Positions 52,654 through 64,000 of a DNA stretch of 64,000 nucleotides are shown here, piece by piece (within the stretch, counting starts at the first letter, position 1; each line of letters starts with the position of its first letter). The DNA lies in the NCBI GenBank assembly GCA_951406725.2, contig OX597822.1:107446001-107510000 (forward strand), written 5' to 3'. Below the pieces are notes generated by a model. It was not told the DNA's origin, searched no databases, and saw nothing but the letters and a program-made list of their open reading frames with translations. This DNA comes from Octopus vulgaris (taxonomy: Eukaryota). The translations under genes and the position numbers were made by a program.

Positions 52654-53587
52654 TTATGTAAGTATCATTGTGTGTGTATATTTGCATCTATGAGTCTGAC
52701 TTTGAAAAATTGCCATTTGTCAGAAAGTTGTAATATACTTTCTGTAAAGTATATTAACGTAAAAGGCTCCAAATTGTTGTGAAATGTTGCCATTACAGGC
52801 AACCAATATATTCGAATATAATTTTCGTGCCATTTAACTGAACATAGGTATTCCTTATGACCATTTAAAAAAGTAATGGCATTTCGAAAGATAACATATT
52901 ATTTCACTTTTCTTTCTTTCTCCGTTTTTTCCCCTATCATTTTCACACTCTCCCTCATTTAGTTCGCCATTGGTATATATATATATCAATAATGCATCCA
53001 TCTTTCTGGCTATTTCCCCTTCATTTGTATCATATTTTTTTTATATATCTCGCCTAAGTGACGCAGCCATATATCTTGTATCTGACACTGCATCAATCTA
53101 CTCAATTAAGAACACTTGGGAATAATTATACGGTTAGTCAAAAGGTTGCAATTTTCAATTACATTTTATATTGTCCAGTAAGATATGACCTCAATTATCT
53201 GTGTAGCAATAACAAAGACATATGCGCTATTTCATCATTTTATCTTTTCATTTTAGGCTTGAATACATGCTAGCGGTTGTTCATCTGTATTATCAAAATT
53301 ATGAATTGCTACAGAAACAATCTGTTTGTACCTACAGAAAGGAGCAAGACCCCTCTAGTTTAAGTGTCATAATACGTTTGATAAGAGATATTTAATTGTC
53401 ATAATGCGTGCACACAATCCATTCATTAAAACGGTTTTTTGATTAAAGTATTTCGATGCCAAACATTTATTAATAAGGTAGCAGAGTAAACAATAATGGA
53501 AGAACGCCAGCAATTTTTCTTTATACATATAGGTCACAAGACCTGCTAATGTTGCCAGGCTCCGAGATAATTTTTGTCAGATTTCAG

Positions 53588-54120
<533 letters not shown>

Positions 54121-54277
54121 AGAAGATAATAAGAGAGGAGATACGAAGAGATACATTAATTACACGAATGTAGACCTGACAACATTTTTCATAATTCATA
54201 TATTTGTGTAAAATATGTGGCACAAGAAACCCTATACTATGACACTACCAGTAAATGCAACACTTTTTATTTATACA

Positions 54278-54680
54278 GATAGGAGTGGCTGTGTGGTAAG
54301 TAGCTTGCTAACCAACCACATGGTTCCGGGTTCAGTCCCACTGCGTGGCATCTTGGGCAAGTGTCTTCTGCTATAGCCCCGGACTGACCAATGCCTTGTG
54401 AGTGGATTTGGTAGACGGAAACTGAAAGAAGCCTGTCGTATATATGTATATATGTATATAAGTGTGTGTGTATATGTTTGTGTGTCTGTGTTTGTCCCCC
54501 TAGCATTGCTTGACAACCGATGCTGGTGTGTTTACGTCCCCGTAACTTAGCGGTTCGGCAAAAGAGACCGATAGAATAAGTACTGGGCTTACAAAGAATA
54601 AGTCCCGGGGTCGATTTGCTCGACTAAAGGTGGTGCTCCAGCATGGCCGCAGTCAAATGACTGAAACAAGTAAAAGAGAG
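54278..54680 (+). mobile_element. SINE family C
   Basis: Near-identical to 7837-8260. Confidence 0.92.
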
Positions 54681-55146
54681 TATATATTTTCAGAAAATGC
54701 CTTTCCTTGAATTTATGCCTATTTCATTGTTCCTTAGATTCTTGAGTTACAGTTACTAGAGATCAATGTTTTACTGACTGAGAACACATTCCATGATACT
54801 TTCACTGAATTATTCCTTGAAACTCATATTTTATGAGTTACAGTACATCGTTGTTTAAATCATTGAGAATAAATGAATGTTTCTCACCAGGCTCTAACTT
54901 GTTCTATTAGGATCCCAGCAATTAGTTGTACTCATTTATGGCGGAGCAATCGGATTATCTCCAGTTTCAAACACTTTCATTACTTTACATTAAAATACTT
55001 GTTTGCAATTTGAGTACAAGGCCAGCTAAATCGAACCCGAAAGGATGAAAGACAATGTTGATCCCGACGGCATTCGAACTCAGAACGTAAAGTTGGAAGC
55101 AATGCCGCTAAAACATTTTGACCTACACAGTAACAATTCTGCCAGA

Positions 55147-55379
55147 AGGCGACGAGCTGGCAGAAACGTTAGCACGCCGGGCGAAATACGTTGCCGTATT
55201 TCGTCTGCCGTTACGTTCTGAGTTCAAATTCCGCCGAGGTCGACTTTGCCTTTCATCCTTTCGGGGTCGATAAATTAAGTACCAGTTACGCACTGCGGTC
55301 GATGTAATCGACTTAATACCTATGTCTGTCCTTGTTTGTCCCCTCTGTGTTTAGCCCCTTGTGGGTAATAAAGAAATAG
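55147..55379 (+). mobile_element. Family-M SINE inserted into an older antisense family-M copy
   Basis: 17-bp TSD GTAACAATTCTGCCAGA at 55130-55146 and 55380-55396; older copy at about 55020-55146. Confidence 0.92.
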
Positions 55380-55429
55380 GTAACAATTCTGCCAGATGGG
55401 CGCTTTACTTGACATTATTAATATTTGTT

Positions 55430-55598
55430 TCAAGTTTAGGTACGAAACCGAACTTGCGGATCTTGTACCAAAATTTTGAACCGATATTAATGCGGTGATT
55501 CATAATGCTGCTTCAAATTTTTGTACAAGACCGAACTTGTGGTCCTTATACCTATATTTGAAACCGATATTAATGCGGTGATTCATAATGCTGTTTCA
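55430..55598. repeat. Two-unit ~84-bp tandem duplication
   Basis: CCGAACTTG..AACCGATATTAATGCGGTGATTCATAATGCTG occurs twice. Confidence 0.8.
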
Positions 55599-56400
55599 TA
55601 TAGTCGAATTTGTATGCAAGTGAAAAACATTATCAGAGCAACACTGTCAGAAATTATAAAGCCAATTTCTATATTTATTACCATTTATTTTTCATAGCGA
55701 TTTTATATTCCTATATCACCTTATACATTTATCTCTCTCTCTTTCACTTTATCAGTCTATGCTTTAATCTCCGCCTGATCCAACAAGTAAAAATATACAT
55801 TATTTTGCGTATGAGTGTAGGAGTATGTGGGTGTATGTATGTGAGAGTATGTGAATATAATAATGCTATAATGAATAACATTTCTCTAATAAACCATTGC
55901 TAGTTACCATGGTAAAGAATTTTGCATATGTAAGTATTTCAGACTTTCTAAACATTTATCGATAAAGAAAAATAATTAAAATGACAACCAATTTGATATC
56001 TATTATTATATGTTAAATGAAATATGTGTAGATTATGCGGGATTAGAGAAGTAGAATGCATTGCATGTGAACATCCTTATATAGGCTCTATTGTTATAAC
56101 TGATTAGCTTACGACTGCAAAAATTAAACTAGACCAAAACAAGGTTGTTTTAGAACTGTTAAAGGTGATTTGTAAAAGAAAATAATATAAAAAAGTAGTA
56201 TTTCTATACATCCACACTTAACGCCTACTCCACAATTCTGAATATATCGATTTGTAAAATTAATTTATGATTGATATTTTTTGTAACCTTACAGGAATTT
56301 TATAAAGTAAAGGTTTTCACTTAACGTTTTTTTATGTACTCACATACAGACACACACATAAACATACATACATATATATATGTACATACATATACATATT

Positions 56401-56438
<38 letters not shown>

Positions 56439-56882
56439 AAACTAAAAACGTTTTTGTTAAAATGAAACGATTTTTATTTCTATAAATTTTACTTTCTAGA
56501 TAATAATATATTTGCGACCAAGAAATATCGAATTGGTTTTCATTTTCATACGCAAAAAACTAGACAAATAAAGGAAAAAGAGGAGTAACAAATAATATGA
56601 TACGGCATTTATGCATATTTTTTTTAGATTTGTCTTTTGAAACCGATAGAGAACGCGTGAAAAGATAAGAAAAAATGTGTTCGTATATACACCCACATAC
56701 ACAGAAATTATACCTTCATACATAAAGATACACATTTATATTTATTTATGCATTTAAATATATGTATAAATATGTGTGTGCGTCTCTGTTTGTATATATG
56801 TATATATATGTATGTGTGTGTGTGTGTATGTATATGTGTTTATATTATGTATATATATATATATGTTAACATACGAATGTAA

Positions 56883-56915
<33 letters not shown>

Positions 56916-56980
56916 TATATATGTATATATACATATATACATGTATGTGTAGATGTAAATATATATGTATGTATACATAC

Positions 56981-57020
<40 letters not shown>

Positions 57021-57106
57021 ATTCTTTTACAGACATGGGTACATGTGTGAGAATAAATATAATGAATGTGTGTAAATATCTCTAACCTTCTGTCTCTCTG
57101 TCTTGC

Positions 57107-57156
<50 letters not shown>

Positions 57157-57173
57157 GTCTATCTGTCTATCTG

Positions 57174-57243
<70 letters not shown>
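57107..57243. repeat. (TCTA)n microsatellite
   Basis: Direct inspection. Confidence 0.95.
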
Positions 57244-57244
<1 letters not shown>

Positions 57245-58178
57245 CTGTGTATATATCTGTGCGTGTGAGTGCTTGTCTGTATTATGAATCTGATTGGCTG
57301 TGAGGGAGAGATATCGGTTTGAATTTGAGTTGCAAATAAATTCACCTAATTTATTATTATTTTTTTTTTCCTGCTTGTTTCACATAATCACTGACAATCA
57401 AAAAGCAAATAATTTCAGAATTGTGAATTCCTTTAATTGACACGTACATACCTATATTTACAGCTGACCAATAATGAAGTGAGATTGTGGAAGTTCAAAC
57501 GAAGGGTGCAACAAAATAAATATTATGAGAAAAGAAGAAGCAGAAGATAATTTCAAATATGCAGAGTGTTTCGTTTAATGTGCGGTAGGAACCAGAGCAA
57601 ATGCATAGAAATGATATATTAAATTCTGAATCAACATTAAAGTAAAAAAACACAAAAAAATTAATGACCGCCATCGCTTTATAATACAAATGTCAACCCT
57701 GCATTACTGTGTATAGATCGTAACAATATTTGTGACATCACAGAAATCATTTTAATATTTTAGAATATCTAAAAGAACTTCATAAAAATGTTAAAATGGT
57801 TTTTGATCATTTGATATTAAGATATACTAATATTGCGAGTAATGCTACTTGTAATGTAAAATAACCATTGTTGCTTTTGATGTTGTTTAGGTGCAGAATC
57901 ACAGCAATCAGATAGATCTATGTTCAAAATGCTTTCAGAAGTAACCATCTTATGATTTCAGGGAAATCTACGATTTAAATTATTTAAATTATTTTTCATG
58001 CGTTTAGCTGCTTTTTTTATGGAGGGCTGTTTAAGGGAAATTGACTGCCGTTTGTAAGCTGTCGAGTAACTATATAAAAAGTCATTGCCTCGTTCGATAA
58101 CCATTGAAATATTTTGCGCTCCACGAAATTTATATGATTAATGAACGTCAAAACAACGCTGTTATTTCAAGAAAATTT

Positions 58179-58412
58179 CCTATTTCTTTATTACCCACAA
58201 GGGGCTAAAAATAGAGGGGACAAGCAAGGACAGACATGGGTATTAAGTCGATTATATCGACCCCAGTGCGTAACTGGTACTTAATTTATCGACCCCGAAA
58301 GGATGAAAGGCAAAGTTGACCTCGGCGGAATTTGAACTCACAACGTAACGACAGACGAAATACGGCTAAGCATTTCGCCCGGCGCGCTAACGTTTCTGCC
58401 AGCTCACCGCCT
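58179..58412 (-). mobile_element. Family-M SINE monomer
   Basis: TSD TTTCAA(G/T)AAAATTTC; this motif is further tandemly repeated downstream. Confidence 0.9.
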
Positions 58413-59480
58413 TTCAATAAAATTTCAAGAAAATTTCAAGAAAATTTCAAGAAAATACCATTCCGGTATTTCAAGAAAATTTCCACTGGCTGAGAAAAGA
58501 TGTTGATGAGCTCTTCGACTTGTAAATCAAGAATTTTACAGTGTTTGTAACTGTAAACCTTTCCGATCTCTATATTCTTAACATGCAAAATAACGCAGCA
58601 GAGGAAGTTAATATAGAATTATATAGTGACAGTAGACAGGAAATTATATACAACAGAAACGGGTGTGAAATAAAATTTATTCGTAAAAAAAGTCAATAGA
58701 ATAATCAGACCAGTTCACCTTAGAATACTAGACGATTTAGATTTCCCCATGAGCTTCGTTACAAGGAGGTAGTGACTGTCTCAAATTTCAGAAAGAAGCT
58801 CTTTACGTACAAACTATAATCATGTTAACCTAAGTTATTAAATTATTAAGTATATTACTGGCAACGCATCTAGGAGCATCTTAGCTTCCATGAACATGAA
58901 ATTATTACTCATATCACAAAAAACATCATCGCACCTCACACCTCCACTCAGTACATATGACACTCACCCAGAGCTCTGAAATTTAGCTACAAATGTTGGA
59001 ACTCGTTATCAACCAACATCCTTTGTGATACATGTACGTCAGTTCAATACATAGGACTGCATAACAAAAGCTGTCTAATTATCTTCATTTGTGAAAAATC
59101 TTCCCACCGTTTTGTAACATTTCGGGATGGTCATAATTTTTCCTGAAAAATAAACATTACGCACTGTATATTCGTTCTTCGCTCTTTTGTTATTCTTCTT
59201 ATTTTACCTTATGTTCATTACCTATACATCTTTCATCACACATCTGTGACCTCTTCAGTGACTTTTCCATCCTACGTGTCTCCTCCTGTTCTGTTTAGTC
59301 CATTCTCTGTTTAGGGATACACTGGACATAAGATAAGAACAATAATAAACGAGTGAAAACCGAAAATTTAGTGTACGTGTTTACTTCACAAAAAACAATT
59401 ACCATCCCCAAATGAAACAATATTTGCTTCAATACACGATTTCACATCAAGAATCTTGCAAATCAAATTCATAAACGTAA

Positions 59481-59868
59481 CGCAGGAGTGGCTGTGTGGT
59501 AAATAGCTTGCTGACCAACCACATGAGTCCGGGTTCAGTCCCACTGCGTGGCACCTTGGGTAAGTGTCTTCTGCTATAGCCTCGGGCCGACCAAAGCCTT
59601 GTGAGTTGATTTGGTAGACGGAAACTAAAAGAAGCCCGTCGTGTATATGTATATATATGTCTATGTGTTTATATGTCTGCTTGTCCCCCTAACATCGCTT
59701 GACAACCGACGCTGGTGTGTTTACGTCCCCGTAACCTAGCGGTTAGGCAACAGAGACCGATAGAGTAAGTACTAGGCTTACAAAGAATAAGTCCTGGGGT
59801 CGATTTCCTCGACAAAAAGCGGTGTTCCAGCATGGTCGCAGTCAAATGATTGAAACAAGTAAAAGAGT
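59481..59868 (+). mobile_element. SINE family C
   Basis: Matches other family C copies. Confidence 0.9.
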
Positions 59869-59989
59869 ATTCCCACCACTAACAGCTATTAATACTTTAC
59901 AAAGCACAAATGATGGTCATAATAGAAGATTTGGTCCATATCTGGGACGATGCTGCTACTACGTGCACATACCTTGGACTGCGTCTACA

Positions 59990-60300
59990 GAAAGGTCACT
60001 TGGAAAATTGTTATGGAGGTGATTTTATTACATACCATAGCCAGTTAAATATCCTCCGACCCACTTGTGTTTCGATTTCTGCCCTTCATCGTACGCATAA
60101 GCCCTTCAACATCATACTTTTGCCCCAGAACTTCTATAACCTTAGAGTTAATTTGTTCCCAGCAGTTGTTGACCTGAAACTGTTTCAAGAATGCATAACC
60201 AGTATCAAATAAATCGATCCCGGGGCGCCTGTATATGACCAAAATGTGAAAAACCAACACGTAGAACCTCCCAAAATCTCAACACCATTACCGCTTCGAT
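59990..60300 (-). pseudogene. RTE-like LINE C-terminal relic
   Basis: FSHFGHI..DVEG..KGRNR..W..EDI resembles the RTE C-terminus (YFGHI.R..G.VEG.R.RGRP..W.DDI). Confidence 0.55.
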
Positions 60301-60835
60301 GAGATCATTACTGCCTTTGTTCACTCAAGAGAAAACATCTTGATATAATAAATCTGTTCTGTCGCTTCTAATTATATACTGGTTGGAGATTTGTGATATT
60401 TTACTCTACAGCGTAGAAGATATCCAATAATGAAAGATAGAACACAATAAGCCTGACCTATATAAATTTGCATTTTAACCGCCGGCTATAATATTGCCTC
60501 ATTGTGGACAAATTCAGCAAATAACCCTGTCAACTAAGGACTCTCCTTATAAAGTATTTACTTCCTATACCATGCAGGAAGATACAGCGGATTATTATTC
60601 AAATACGCACCTTCAACAGCTTTGAATATGATTGCGCAGGCCGGCGTGAAAATGTGAATGCGCGGGAGAATTCGCTTACTCATGTTTGTAGCCGTGGATG
60701 AATATATGCATGGACGCTTATCATGCATTGAGTAAATGGCGTGGAAAATCTAATAGAATTGTTAAAAATCGTTATGAATGGTATCGAATTGTAGATGCTA
60801 CATAGCCTAGTATCGAATAACATTTAACGTAAGCA

Positions 60836-61250
<415 letters not shown>

Positions 61251-61300
61251 TATATATGTAATATATATGTATATATATATATTTATATCTATGTATGTGT

Positions 61301-61351
<51 letters not shown>

Positions 61352-61968
61352 AATATGTATTAGTATATAAGTAAATATATATGCATCAGATATATATATG
61401 TATCTACGTTATACATATGCATAAATTTATCTAACTGCCCGTGGGTGTGTGTGTGTGTGTGTATGCGTGTGTTTTTGTGAGTGTGTAATTGTGTGTGTTT
61501 GTATGTGTGAAGATTGTGCGTAACATCCACTTTCCGTATAAAAATTCTTGCACCCTTCATTCAGGCAGTTAATTGAATAATCATAAAGCGAGCGCTTTAT
61601 TATTAGCTTTCGCACATCTCAATAGAAATGCCATTTCACACTTTCTTATTTGTATTTACGCGTTCTCGTAATTTGTATAAACCTTTGGCATAACACTAGA
61701 GAAGGAAATTCTACGTACCATTTTTCACATTCCTTTTTATTTCTGCATTTCTCTTTCCCCTTTTCTTTGTTTTAGTTTTCCTTTTCTTTTCCTTTTTCAT
61801 TTTCCCTTTTTACTTGTTAGTTACTGTTTCTCTTAAACTTTAAGTTGTAAGAACTCAGTATTCTTAAGTGCCACCTTCAATACATATACCGCCATAATCT
61901 ATCTGAGTATCTATCTCTCTATCTCTCTCTCTGGCTCTCTCTCTCTCTCTCTCACTCACTCTCTCTCT

Positions 61969-62022
<54 letters not shown>

Positions 62023-63882
62023 ACGCATATATATTGATACGAACTCCCACACGTATATATTGATACATACACACGCACATATCCACACACACACAAACAC
62101 ACACACTCACACACATACACACTCTCTCTCTCACACACTCATATTAATAATAACATAGCGAAGGTAAAATAGGAAGTAAGAAAAAATACTTTCGCGTAAT
62201 TGAAATATTAAGGAATCTTTAAAAGTATTCCTCGGAAGAATACCGCTTTTTGGAAAATAGCAAATTTAATTTGAACAAGTTCTGAGTTAAAACTCTCAAA
62301 TACGACTGGATAAAGAAATTCTAGGGATTTCGAAATATAATCAAAAGAAAATATCATGGAAAATGTATTTTCTTTTAAAATTTCGAATCTTGTGTGTTGA
62401 AAAAGAAAAAAAAAATGAAAGCTACTTGGGAATAAAATTCTAAAATATGAATAGATAACCAAATTCAACGAATGTTTTAAAGATTTAAAAGTTAAATTTT
62501 TGATGAAGTGCAAACTCAAATATTTATCATAATTAATAGGCGGGAATACAATGGAATATGTAAGTATGGTGAACAAGTGTTTTCAGGTCCTTCAAATGAT
62601 TATTGATGAAACACAAATGTTGGTAGCGTACGGTCACTTACTTAACGGGATATTATCGAACTTTAAAAATAGTCACTATCAAGACTGTTTTATATTTTGG
62701 GTAATTCCAGGAGAGGCTCTAAAGGAAATAAAATTTTCAAAGTATGATGTTTTTAAGTTCAAATTAGAGAGAGCGTTTAATGTCTAAGATTGTATTTAGT
62801 TGCCGATTTGTAAACTTTCTGTTACTTTTTTTTCTGCAGAGTAATTATAATCAGCTAGTTGGTATAATGCCTACGGCTCGGGAATTTAAAAATTGGTTCA
62901 CTTGACACACACACACACACACGCGCGCGCACACACATACACACAAACACACACACACACACACAAAACACACACTCTCACGCACACACATATATAGTTG
63001 AATAACATGTGGGTAAAAACTTTGTGATATGCTATACAAAGCTCTTCGATAGCTATTGGCTACCTAATGTCCCCATACAGTAGAAATTCTCTTGTCACAG
63101 GATATATATATATTTATATATATTTATTTATATGGGGAAGTCTGAATTAGGAGCCAATAGGAGTTGAATAGTGGGGATAGATTTAGCTATGATAATTCTT
63201 CGCTGTCACAACTGTTGGATTTATCATGTTTATACGGTTATTGAGATATTCGATGTGTTTTTGGCAATGTTAGATATAACTATTGACTTTAATTTATATA
63301 TATGGACTATATACGAATCCGTTATTAACATGTATTTTTAAGTATTTTGGTTGAGACTGTCTCCTATTAATACGTAGGATGACATGAAACATTAATATGA
63401 TCTTTAAAGCAATGTTACTGCTGTAAATTGATATTAGTTTTGTTTCAATGATCAAAAGCTTAAAAGTTTGACTTTTATTATTAATTATTGCAGATAGATT
63501 TAGGCTTTGGAATAGTCGAAAAGACAAGGAGATACAGGAAGTCAGGGCGGACGGAAAGTGAAAATAAAAAAGTGGGAAATAAAATGTAGAATGCTTGTAT
63601 ATGTGTATATATAGATTTGAATATATTACATATATACACCCACGTATTAAAGTATGCATATATGTATTATCTATACGTACATGCATACATCAGCACACCC
63701 AGAGCTCGCCTCTGTATATGCATATACATATGTATAAGATAGACATGTATGAATACAAATACACACACATATACACGCAGATGCACAAACTAATGTTTGT
63801 ATGTATATGTACATATATATATATGTGTGTGTGTGTATGTATCTATATAGATATATACGTGGGTGTGTGTGTATATATATAT

Positions 63883-63922
<40 letters not shown>

Positions 63923-64000
63923 GCACGCACTCGTGCATGTACAAATACACACGTATTTGTTCATAAAAGACATCCAAACAGTTTGTCTGACAAATTATAG

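Noticed and set aside
55903-55916. RFX X-box-like GTTACCATGGTAAA; also CTCF-like AGAGGTGGCGCT near 10505-10517
   Set aside because: Isolated imperfect motifs with no associated gene or promoter evidence.
60040-60230. Apparent minus-strand exon with AG/GT boundaries
   Set aside because: All frames hit stops, and the peptides fit an RTE LINE C-terminus.

Overview
This is AT-rich, microsatellite-saturated eukaryotic DNA. Its repeat landscape (tRNA-derived SINEs, long (TA)n/(TACA)n/(TCTA)n runs) looks like an octopus genome (inference). I found no host protein-coding gene or genuine tRNA/rRNA; nearly all ORF-track entries are microsatellite or SINE artefacts. The window holds about 30 SINE copies from several head/tail-modular families, including tandem multimers. 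It also holds decayed LINEs (CR1-like, Tx1/L1-like, R4/Dong-like, RTE-like), decayed DNA transposons and MITEs (hAT, mariner, Tigger-like, a GG-ended 8-bp-TSD MITE, possible MULE), and Penelope-like element (PLE) relics. The most interesting signal is a set of hammerhead-ribozyme (HHR) motifs, mostly in small modules next to (TA)n runs. These include a near-canonical type I HHR at 37160-37236, an intact minimal HHR with a U3:A8 covariant core at 36522-36559, a retrozyme-like tandem repeat with three HHR copies at 17722-18690, and HHR-like motifs in PLE inverted ends. All folds were parsed by eye and activity is untested.
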